Positions 21,389-30,208 of a DNA stretch of 64,000 bases are shown in pieces (within the stretch, counting starts at the first letter, position 1; each line of letters opens with the position of its first letter). Below the pieces are notes generated by a model that saw nothing but the letters and a program-made list of their open reading frames with translations, ran no database searches and was not told the DNA's origin. The translations under genes were made by a program, and so were the position numbers. Origin of the DNA: an uncultured cyanobacterium (GTDB lineage Bacteria > Cyanobacteriota > Cyanobacteriia > Cyanobacteriales > CAWUOF01); NCBI GenBank assembly GCA_963744145.1, contig CAVUSO010000001.1, positions 3,008,001-3,072,000 on the forward strand. The letters are read 5' to 3'.

Positions 21389-23080
21389 ATGATGAAGATT
21401 TTGACTGAACAGAAATGGATCGATATTTATAAAAATCTGTCCCCAGAATTCCGGTTGGTTTTGCAAGTAGCGATCGCTTTTTTCACCCTCTGTTTAATCT
21501 TATTGGTCTATCGACATTACACTTTTTATGATAGCTATGATCAGGCACTTTTTAATCAGATTTTTTGGAATAGTATGCAAGGTAGACTATTTGAAGGTTC
21601 TTTAACTTCATCTCTATCTGCTAATGTGGTTCATGGTGGTAATCCTCCAGAAGTATTTTATCGTCATTTAGGACAGCATTTTAATCCAATTTTTTTACTG
21701 TGGTTATGTTTTTATGCGGTTTTTCCTTCAATTGTTACTCTGGTTGTGATTCAGGTAACTTTAGTAACCACAGCAGGGATAGTTTTGTTTGTTCTAGCTC
21801 GTCAATATTTAGACCCAAAACTATCTGCTGCGATCGCAATTAGTTTTTATGGAGCAAATGCAGTCCTTGGTTCAACTTTGTCTAATTTTCATGATTATAG
21901 TTCCTTACCTTTATTCCTGTTTACTTTATTTTTAGCTCTGGAAAAAAAGTGGTGGTGGTTATTTGTCGGAATGGCAATTTTAACTTTAACAGTCCGAGAA
22001 GATGCAGGAGTTGCTTTATTTAGTTTTGGAATCTATTTGATTTTAAGTCGTCGTTATCCCCGGATTGGATTAGGAATCTGTACCTTAAGTCTGAGCTATA
22101 TTTTGATTGTTACTCATATAATTATGCCACAATTCTCTGCGGATGTTTCCGAACGGATGGTTGTGGAAAATTTTGGACAATTTACCGATAATAAACCTAC
22201 TTCTACGATCGGAGCAATCTGGGCAATAATTACCCATCCAATTGAAATTTTCCAAGATGTATTCTTTGTTCATTTTGACCGTAAATTTCGGTATTTATTA
22301 GGACATTTATTACCCTTAGCATTTATTCCAATAGTTTCTGTTGATACTTGGTTACTGACAGGATTTCCCTTCCTGCAAGTATTGCTAATGGATCATAACA
22401 ATTACAATGCACTATCAATAAATATCAGATACACTATGTTAATAGTACCAGGATTATTCTATGGTGTGATTCTCTGGTGGGCTAAACATTCTGACTTATT
22501 TCAGTCTTCACTCCGATGGAGAGGATTTTCGATCCGATGGAAACAGTTTTTAAAGATTTGTGTGGGACTATCTTTATTTTTTACTCTGACATCTAATCCT
22601 GGTCAAAGTTTTTCTTGTCTAATCCCAGACTATATTATACCTTGGGCATATATAAATCCAATCAGTCAGTGGTATCATGTCGGACAAGTACATCAAATTT
22701 TCAATCAAATTCCTGATCAAGCAAGTGTAGCTGCTCCCACAATTTTACTTCCTACTCTTTCTTATCGACGAGCAATCATTAAGTTTCCTTATTCCCTGCT
22801 GCAATTTCGTAATGATGATCAGCAGATCGAAAATATTGAGTATGTGGTCATGGATATCTGGAGACCCCTACAATATCAGATTGCGTCTAGACCTATGCGT
22901 AATTTAATCAAGGATAGTGTAGCAAAAATTGACCAAATTACGCAAAACCAAGTGTATGGGATAATTGATTTTCGAGAGGGAGTGATATTGTTACGTCGAT
23001 CGGTTCAATCCAATCCAACTGCTTTAGCTAATTGGTTAACTTTTCGTGAGACTTTAGTTCCAGTTCTCAACCATCCTTAA
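21389..23080 (+). CDS. DUF2079 family polytopic membrane protein, copy 3
   Basis: Full-length paralog (YDQALFNQIFWN, NFHD, REDAG, INIRY). Confidence 0.8.
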   Translation: MMKILTEQKWIDIYKNLSPEFRLVLQVAIAFFTLCLILLVYRHYTFYDSYDQALFNQIFWNSMQGRLFEGSLTSSLSANVVHGGNPPEVFYRHLGQHFNPIFLLWLCFYAVFPSIVTLVVIQVTLVTTAGIVLFVLARQYLDPKLSAAIAISFYGANAVLGSTLSNFHDYSSLPLFLFTLFLALEKKWWWLFVGMAILTLTVREDAGVALFSFGIYLILSRRYPRIGLGICTLSLSYILIVTHIIMPQFSADVSERMVVENFGQFTDNKPTSTIGAIWAIITHPIEIFQDVFFVHFDRKFRYLLGHLLPLAFIPIVSVDTWLLTGFPFLQVLLMDHNNYNALSINIRYTMLIVPGLFYGVILWWAKHSDLFQSSLRWRGFSIRWKQFLKICVGLSLFFTLTSNPGQSFSCLIPDYIIPWAYINPISQWYHVGQVHQIFNQIPDQASVAAPTILLPTLSYRRAIIKFPYSLLQFRNDDQQIENIEYVVMDIWRPLQYQIASRPMRNLIKDSVAKIDQITQNQVYGIIDFREGVILLRRSVQSNPTALANWLTFRETLVPVLNHP

Positions 23081-23081
23081 T

Positions 23082-24851
23082 GTGACAAATAGAACTAAAC
23101 ACCATCAGAAAAAATCCATGATGCTAATTACACATCTACAAATAATGTTGACAACACCAATTACCGAAATCAGTAACAAAACTACAGCTAAATTTTCGAT
23201 ATTTTTTTGGTTTAGTTTAAGTTTGTGTTTTCCAATTAGCTATGCAATCGTTGCACTTAAGAAAGCTTTCAGTGCTGAGTATGTGGTTGGAGATAATGCT
23301 CGAGAATATCTGTCTTGGATGTATCGCTATATCCAACCAGAGTTATTTCCAAATGATTTAATTGCTGATTATTTTCAATCCATTACACCAATTGGTTATG
23401 GTTTTTTATATCAATCCTTAGCTAATTTAGGGATTGATCCAGTGCTGTTAAGTAAAATTTTTCCTTTAGTATTGGTTCCCTTTACCACAGGTTATTGTTT
23501 TTTTGTATGTCTAGAATTATTTCCAGTTCCTTTAGCAGGATTTATTGCTACACTATTATTAAATCAATCTATTGGTATTGCTGATGATTTCGTTTCTGCT
23601 TGTCCCAGGGATTTCTTTTATGCTCTATTCTTAGCATTTGTCTATTATTTATTGCGCGGTTCCTTATTACCCACCTTAATCGCGATCGCGCTCCAATCTC
23701 TCTTTTATCCCTTGATTGCTTTTATTTCTTCCGCGATATTAATATTACGATTATGTCGATGGCAAAAAATCCAATTTTTTTCGACCGTCAGCAAAGATTA
23801 TCTATTTGGTTTTACGGGAGTAGGGATAGCGATTTTAACTCTGATTCCCTATAGTATCCAATCTTCAGAATTTGGACCAACAATTACCGACGCGATCGCA
23901 CGAACCTTACCCGATTATCTAGCTGGAGGAAGAGTAAGTTATTATAATCTCAATCCATTAAATTTTTGGTTGGATGGTAGAGATAGTGGAATTTTAGCTT
24001 TAATGAGTCCGCTCCAATTATTTATTGGGTTATTGTTACCGATCCTGCTGCTTAACCAACACCGATTTCCACTCAGCAAACATCTCAATCATCAGATTAA
24101 AATCTTACCTCAGATTGTCTTAGCATCGGTAACAATGTTTTTTATTGCCCATGCTATAGCATTTAAACTGCATTTTCCTAGTCGCTATACTCATCATACT
24201 ATTAAAATCGTATTGGCGATCGCGGCTGGAATGGTAATTACAATTATCCTCAATGCGGCTTTTAATTGGGCAATTAATTCTCAATTGCGCGGAGCAAAAA
24301 TTTTGGTATTAGGAATTGCTACTTGTGTCGGATTAGGATTAGTTAGTTATCCAAGCTTCTTAAAGACTTTTCCCAGAACTCCCTATATCGTCGGTAAAGT
24401 TCCCGGACTATATAAATTTTTGCAACAGCAACCAATTAATAGTGTGATTGCCTCATTGACAAGTGAAACAGATAATATTCCAGTTTTCTCCCAAAGATCC
24501 ATATTAGCAGGAAAAGAATATGCTTTACCCTTCCATCTCAAATATGATCGGCAATTTCGGCAAAGAATGTTAGATTTAATTAATGCTCAATATAGTCGCG
24601 ATCGCCAAGAAATAACAGATTTTATCCATAAATATCGGATTAGTTTCTGGTTACTTGATCGTCAGGCTTTTACCCCTAATTATATCACCAGTAATAACTG
24701 GATTCGACAATATCAACCAGCCGCAACAAATGCGTTAACACAACTTAACCAATCGCAGTTACCAATTTTAGTTCAGCAAATGAAATCTTGTAATATTTTC
24801 GAGGCGGAAAATTTAATTTTACTGGCAACTAAATGTATCGAGAAAAATTAA
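23082..24851 (+). CDS. Polytopic membrane protein, GT-C-like (start may be 23118 or 23145)
   Basis: Many TM helices; acidic loop after TM1 (GDNAREY..DLIADYF); HFPSRY; soluble C-terminal domain. Confidence 0.65.
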   Translation: MTNRTKHHQKKSMMLITHLQIMLTTPITEISNKTTAKFSIFFWFSLSLCFPISYAIVALKKAFSAEYVVGDNAREYLSWMYRYIQPELFPNDLIADYFQSITPIGYGFLYQSLANLGIDPVLLSKIFPLVLVPFTTGYCFFVCLELFPVPLAGFIATLLLNQSIGIADDFVSACPRDFFYALFLAFVYYLLRGSLLPTLIAIALQSLFYPLIAFISSAILILRLCRWQKIQFFSTVSKDYLFGFTGVGIAILTLIPYSIQSSEFGPTITDAIARTLPDYLAGGRVSYYNLNPLNFWLDGRDSGILALMSPLQLFIGLLLPILLLNQHRFPLSKHLNHQIKILPQIVLASVTMFFIAHAIAFKLHFPSRYTHHTIKIVLAIAAGMVITIILNAAFNWAINSQLRGAKILVLGIATCVGLGLVSYPSFLKTFPRTPYIVGKVPGLYKFLQQQPINSVIASLTSETDNIPVFSQRSILAGKEYALPFHLKYDRQFRQRMLDLINAQYSRDRQEITDFIHKYRISFWLLDRQAFTPNYITSNNWIRQYQPAATNALTQLNQSQLPILVQQMKSCNIFEAENLILLATKCIEKN

Positions 24852-24986
24852 CCTAAACTTTCATCTTTTGGTAGACAAAATGTGCTAAATTAATCAATTA
24901 TTTAGGTTGAACATATAGCAGCAAAGCCCAACAATTTTTCAAACCGATACATTGATCATCTAAATTAGCAAAACAGGGCAAAAACT

Positions 24987-26126
24987 TTGGATAAATTAGA
25001 GCAACAGTTAAAACTGAATTGACCGGATCTGATCAAAGCGATCGCGATCGCCTGGATTTTTCTTAACCACGCGATCGAACTCATCTTTGGTGGGCCACTT
25101 ATTTATAATCCCACTCTTAATTGGCCACCTTTGGCTGAACGTCTGGCCCAATTGCGTCCATTAGCAGAATATGGTTGGTGGAATCTTCCCCTAAATCTAA
25201 TCCGCTATGTCGGTTGGTTGGGCGATCAAGGAGTGCAATTATTTCTAATTGTGAGCGGTTTTGGTTTAACTTGGGGACTGTTAAAACGCTCCGATCTGGT
25301 AGCTTTACCTTTACGTCAATTTTATCAACGTCGTTTCAGTCGGATCTATCCCCTCTGGTGGGGAGCGCACTTAATCTTCGCTCTAACTTGGTTGCTAACT
25401 GGATGGGGGATATCTTTAGCAGAACCAGCTTTTTACTTCAGTTTTCTCGGTATCCGTTTCGCTCCGGGCGTTTTTAATTATTTTGCTCCAGCTTGGTGGT
25501 TTATCGGTTTATTGATCCAGCTTTACCTCATCTATCCACTACTCTGGGAAGGATTGCGTCGTTGGGGGCCAAAATGGCTGCTCCTGACAAGTTGCACCGT
25601 TGCTTTCCTAGCTAGGGCTGCGGGATTATTGTTTTTGGGTAATTATATAGCCGTTTGGAGTCGCGGTCTGATTTTTATCACTCAACTACCAGCGTTTGTG
25701 TTTGGGATCAGTTTAGCACTATGGCTATATCGCGATCCTGAACGGACCGATCGCTTTTTGCGACTACCATTAACTTTGATCATAGCGGCAATTATCTACA
25801 TTATCGGTGTATTTCTATCCCTAACTTTATTGGGGATGGCGATCGCTCCTTTCCTAGTAGGAGTAGGGTCATTCATATTGCTATATGGGGCTTTAGGTGG
25901 CAATCAAACTCCTCATCAGGTGGTTGGTCAATGGGTTGGTCAACACTCTTATTCCATCTACCTAGTACACCAACCGTTAATTTTACTTTTGGTGGAAGCA
26001 AATGCGATTACTTGGCGATCGCTATTGGCAACGATCGCCGCAGCTTTTTTAACCATGATTGTGGCGATCAGTCTGGAATTTTTAGTTAACCGAATCTATC
26101 GGTTTCGATCAACCCCCACCAAATGA
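24987..26126 (+). pseudogene. Acyltransferase-3 (OafA/YrhL-like) with an in-frame TGA at 25020-25022
   Basis: From TTG 24987 it reads MDKLEQQLKLN*PDLIKAIAIAWIFLNH, the AT3 N-terminal motif. Later motifs GVQLFLIVSGFG, RRFSRIYP, WWFI and SYSIYLVH. Confidence 0.75.
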
Positions 26127-26127
26127 T

Positions 26128-26352
26128 TTGCTGGCTATAATTCGTTTAGCTCATCTGCAACGTTCGCTACCCTCGCGTTTCGGAGAATTAATAGCTAAAA
26201 TTCAGGGTAAACATTTGCTTCCTGTCTTGCGTTCCGCTCATACCTGTCTTTACTATCCCCACAATATGCACTGGTTAGCAATGGGACACCGCATCGTTGC
26301 TGATTATTTAGTGACAAAATTTAACTCAGAAGCTTTTTGGAAAAGGAAATAA
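26128..26352 (+). pseudogene. C-terminal remnant of an SGNH/AlgX-like hydrolase
   Basis: LLPVLR..LYYPHNMHWLAMGHRIVADYL resembles SGNH block V (DxHW..GH..A); no N-terminal catalytic blocks are present. Confidence 0.5.
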
Positions 26353-26416
26353 CTACTGTTTTTTAGGTATATAGTTGCAGTAAAGAACGCTGAAGCGCAA
26401 CTACATACCTGTGCCC

Positions 26417-27664
26417 CTACTTTTGTGTTACACGCCAGTTAAGTTTAAGATTAATCCAAAAGTTCCAGATGGTAACCATCATGATCGCGATAAAATTAGC
26501 CAGGTAAGCATTCATTTGCCAGCCATTAAAAAAGATATTTAATAACACTATTTTAATCATCAAGCCCATTAAGCAGATGATATTAAATTTCAGCAGACGC
26601 TTTAGTACCTTACGTCCCTGTCGCTGGGATTTGGCAATATCATCAAAAGTCCAAAGGTCATTCCAGCAAAAGTTATTGAGAATGCCTAGTTCTCCTGCGA
26701 CAATAGCACTACGGGTTAGACCTAATCCAATCATATGATAGAGCAAATAAAGCAACCCCATATCCACAAATAGACCGCTAAACCCGACAATAATAAAACG
26801 GATAAAGCGACTGATCGGAAAATTAAACCGTTTTCCGATCAATCCTGGTAACCCTATGGACAATCGGAGTCGCCACAGATGATGTAGATATTCTTGATAT
26901 TGTTTCCATGTGACTTTGCTCTCTCCTGTTTCGCGCTCCTGGAAAATGTAACCTACTTCAGCAATTTGGCCAATCCGACCACGTCCTAACACTTCAATCA
27001 GAATTTTATAACCCAAGGGATTTAATTTCTTGCCCGCGATCGCACTCCGTCTGACCATAAAATAGCCACTCATTGGATCAGAAACTCGGTTCATCACTTC
27101 TGGTAAAATTATTAATCCCAGAATCTGTGCCCCACGAGAAAGAACTCGTCTAACTATACTCCACTCACTAACTCCACCATCTTCCACATGACGACTCGCA
27201 ACCGCTAGATCGGCACCCTGATCTATGGCTGAAATTAATTTTAATAAGATCTCTGGCGGATGTTGTAAATCACCATCAATCACCCCCAAGACTTCTCCTC
27301 GCGCCACTTGCCAACCCCGAATTACTGCGGTGGAAAGACCTTTCTCTCCTTGACGACGCATTACTCGTAAACAAGGATAATCTGGGATTAGCTCTTGTGC
27401 TATTTTCCAGGTTCGATCTGGACTGTCATCATCAATGATTAATAGTTCATATTGCTTGGACAATCTCTGCTCTAAAATGTCAGATAATATCTTCACTAAC
27501 TTTTCAATATTCCCCACTTCATTATAAGTTGGAATAATTAATGAAAACCGAATATTTACAGTCTCAAAATTAGGGTAAATATCCTGTTCTAATCCAGGCA
27601 ATTCAGGGATTTCGAGGGAACCAGATGGAACAAAAAGAAGTTGGTAATTTTTTTTAGCACCCAT
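26417..27664 (-). CDS. GT2 polyprenol-phosphate glycosyltransferase (DPM1-like) fused to a GtrA domain
   Basis: IIPTYNE, IDDDSPD, DGDLQHPPE, SDPMSG and RETGESK motifs; C-terminal 4-TM GtrA-like domain (RFIIVG..NNFCWNDLWTF). Confidence 0.9.
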   Translation of the reverse strand: MGAKKNYQLLFVPSGSLEIPELPGLEQDIYPNFETVNIRFSLIIPTYNEVGNIEKLVKILSDILEQRLSKQYELLIIDDDSPDRTWKIAQELIPDYPCLRVMRRQGEKGLSTAVIRGWQVARGEVLGVIDGDLQHPPEILLKLISAIDQGADLAVASRHVEDGGVSEWSIVRRVLSRGAQILGLIILPEVMNRVSDPMSGYFMVRRSAIAGKKLNPLGYKILIEVLGRGRIGQIAEVGYIFQERETGESKVTWKQYQEYLHHLWRLRLSIGLPGLIGKRFNFPISRFIRFIIVGFSGLFVDMGLLYLLYHMIGLGLTRSAIVAGELGILNNFCWNDLWTFDDIAKSQRQGRKVLKRLLKFNIICLMGLMIKIVLLNIFFNGWQMNAYLANFIAIMMVTIWNFWINLKLNWRVTQK

Positions 27665-27681
27665 TAATTATCCTCAGCAAA

Positions 27682-29055
27682 TTATTGACTAGCGATCGCT
27701 AAATCACCTTTGAGAAAATCCACAAATTGACGTGCTGTTCGTCCAGATCTACCATTATGATGAGTTGCCCATTGTAAAGCACGCTTTTCTAATTCTCCTT
27801 CACTTAGATAAATTTCTGCTTGTTTGGCTAAATGATTGACTATTTCTAAATAGGTTTTTTGATCTGCTGACTCAAAAGTCAGGGTTAAACCAAAGCGATC
27901 GCTAAAGGAAAGTTTCTCCTGTACTGTATCCCAAGCATGAACTTCATCACCATCACGCGGACGAGGACGATCGTCAAAAAATTCCCGAATTAAATGTCTC
28001 CGGTTGGAAGTTGCATATACTACTACATTTTGGGGTCTGGCGGTTAAACTTCCTTCTAAAACAACTTTTAAAGCTTTGAAAGCGTCGTCATCTTCCTCAA
28101 AAGATAAGTCATCCACAAAAATAATAAATTTTTGGGGAACGTCTCGCAATTCTTCGACAATAGTGGGTAAATCTCTTAAATCAGATTTGGCTAGTTCAAT
28201 CAGTCGTAAGTGGCGATCGCTATACTCATTTAATAACGCTTTGACCAAAGAAGATTTCCCCGAACCACGACTGCCATACAACAAAACATGCAAGGCTGGA
28301 TATCCAGCTAACAAAAACTCTGTATTCTTTAATAATTGCGATCGCTGGTATTCATAGCCAACTAATTGCGTTAATTTCACCGGATCAGAATTTTTAACTC
28401 CGATTAATTTCCCAGACTGCCAACGTAAAGCTTTATAATTGGCAAATAAACCTGTACCAACCTTTTTATAATAAACTAACAAATCTTCGATCGCATCAGT
28501 CCATTTTTTGAGTTTATGGAGTTTATCTCGTAACGACTTTTCATAAATCGTTTTCACGGTAATCGGTCGCAAATGCCAAATCACTGGGGCAACGGGTAAT
28601 CCCGTCGCATCTTGTACCAACCGACTCAGTTCTTGACCCCTACATTTATATAGACTATGCAAAGCTTGTAAATCATTTTCCACCGCAGCGATTAAAGCTG
28701 GCGAAATTTTCCATCCTCCTGGTGTTTGTGCTTGTCTAGTAAACGGATTATCATCTTTGAGAATTTGGCTGATCAAATAATCTTGCCAACTTTCATTGCC
28801 CACAGCCATTGCTTTAAACCAACGTCCATAGGCCCTTATACAAGCTAAAGCAATTTCTTCATTGTTATTGCTATAGCGGATCGCTTGTAAAAGTTCTATA
28901 AATGCTTGACCTGGTTCTTCACTCAGCACATTTTGATAGAGTAGTATAGACGCCGCTTGGCGCTGGAGAAATCGAATAGATGCAATATCTTTGGGGTCTA
29001 AAGAGGACATAATTGATATTTTAGAAGCGGCCAGATCACAGCTAATGTCTTCCAT
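27682..29055 (-). CDS. AAA+ ATPase, DUF815 family
   Basis: Walker A GSRGSGKSS, FVDDLSFE, YATSNRRHL, EKLSFSDRFG and SGRTARQF motifs. Confidence 0.9.
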   Translation of the reverse strand: MEDISCDLAASKISIMSSLDPKDIASIRFLQRQAASILLYQNVLSEEPGQAFIELLQAIRYSNNNEEIALACIRAYGRWFKAMAVGNESWQDYLISQILKDDNPFTRQAQTPGGWKISPALIAAVENDLQALHSLYKCRGQELSRLVQDATGLPVAPVIWHLRPITVKTIYEKSLRDKLHKLKKWTDAIEDLLVYYKKVGTGLFANYKALRWQSGKLIGVKNSDPVKLTQLVGYEYQRSQLLKNTEFLLAGYPALHVLLYGSRGSGKSSLVKALLNEYSDRHLRLIELAKSDLRDLPTIVEELRDVPQKFIIFVDDLSFEEDDDAFKALKVVLEGSLTARPQNVVVYATSNRRHLIREFFDDRPRPRDGDEVHAWDTVQEKLSFSDRFGLTLTFESADQKTYLEIVNHLAKQAEIYLSEGELEKRALQWATHHNGRSGRTARQFVDFLKGDLAIASQ

Positions 29056-29177
29056 AAAAGTAATACTCTCCTTTGGCTACATTAGCCTGTCTTATAAAAA
29101 TTTATCATTTTTTGCCAATAAAAAAACAGGGCTATAAATGCCCTGTCAACCCAACAAAATCTAAAGCTAACCAAATC

Positions 29178-29348
29178 TCAGGATTCTTCTTCGTCGTCAT
29201 CCTGAGCATAGACAAAGTTAGCACGCCCGGTCAAAATCGATTTTCCGAGAGAGAGCGCTTTCTGAGCTTGGATAGTAGCTTTATGCTTCCAAACAGCTTT
29301 ACGCTTATCTCGCTTGGACTTGGAGGTTTTCTTCTTTGGAACAGCCAT
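29178..29348 (-). CDS. rpmF: 50S ribosomal protein L32 (not in the ORF track)
   Basis: Manual translation: [56 protein letters not shown] (56 aa). Confidence 0.95.
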   Translation of the reverse strand: MAVPKKKTSKSKRDKRKAVWKHKATIQAQKALSLGKSILTGRANFVYAQDDDEEES

Positions 29349-29475
29349 GATTCTAAAAGACTGTAATTATGGACAACCTTTCTATACTAAGGCATTAAAC
29401 CAGATTCTGGTAATCGAAATTCACTCAAAAACAATTTTTTCCGCTCAATCTTAAGAAAATTTAATAATTAGCCGA

Positions 29476-30099
29476 TTATTTAGGTTGGTCAGGAGTTGGT
29501 TGGGCCGGTGGTTGTCCAGGAGTCGGGTTCGGATTAGCCCCATTAGGGGGAGGAGGTAAAGCAGGAGTTGGACTTGGGGGAGTAGTAGTTGCAGGAGGAT
29601 TAGCTGTTCCTGGTGAGGTAGGAGTAGTAGGAGGGGAATCAGAAGTAGGTTGGTCAAACTTTAATAGGGTCTGAGAAGTAGGAAAATATTTTGCCCATTT
29701 TTTTGGATCAGGGCGACTTTTCCATTGAGGACGACTGACAGAGATCTCCAGAATCTGAGCTTCTAACCCTTTATTAACCCCAATAATAATAATCGAAACA
29801 TCGCTCACCAAAAGATTGCTGTCAAAGCTACGCTGAACCGCAGCACGAGCAACTGACTCAGCTCTACTGATAAAACTTTGATAGCTCTCATCATTGTCTC
29901 GGTCAAGGGAAATATCAACGCTGGCAGTATAAGCTTGGGCAATTTCTGGCGCGATCGCAATATTAGCTAACCACCAACATCCACTCCCAGCCAAAATTAC
30001 CATCAAACCCAGGGAAATAATTGGCGTATTTCCCCACAAATGAGGGAAAATAGCACTAAAATTGTTACCTGTATGGGGAGAACGAGATTTCCGCAGCAT
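29476..30099 (-). CDS. Conserved hypothetical exported protein with a Pro-rich tail
   Basis: Hydrophobic segment, RAESVARAAVQRSFD core and a P/T-rich C-terminus. Confidence 0.7.
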   Translation of the reverse strand: MLRKSRSPHTGNNFSAIFPHLWGNTPIISLGLMVILAGSGCWWLANIAIAPEIAQAYTASVDISLDRDNDESYQSFISRAESVARAAVQRSFDSNLLVSDVSIIIIGVNKGLEAQILEISVSRPQWKSRPDPKKWAKYFPTSQTLLKFDQPTSDSPPTTPTSPGTANPPATTTPPSPTPALPPPPNGANPNPTPGQPPAQPTPDQPK

Positions 30100-30208
30100 A
30101 GGTACTTAGCTTGTTACTCTTGAATAGCATTATAGCAGTCAAGACTAATGGCAAGTTGATTTGTGGTAAATTCTGAGCATTGGGAAAAATGGGAGAAGTG
30201 GGGGAAAA

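Noticed and set aside
25020..25022. Selenocysteine or programmed readthrough at the TGA
   Set aside because: The position fits Trp rather than Cys, and no SECIS-like hairpin was evident.
29073..29366. 97-aa plus-strand ORF
   Set aside because: Antisense shadow of rpmF.
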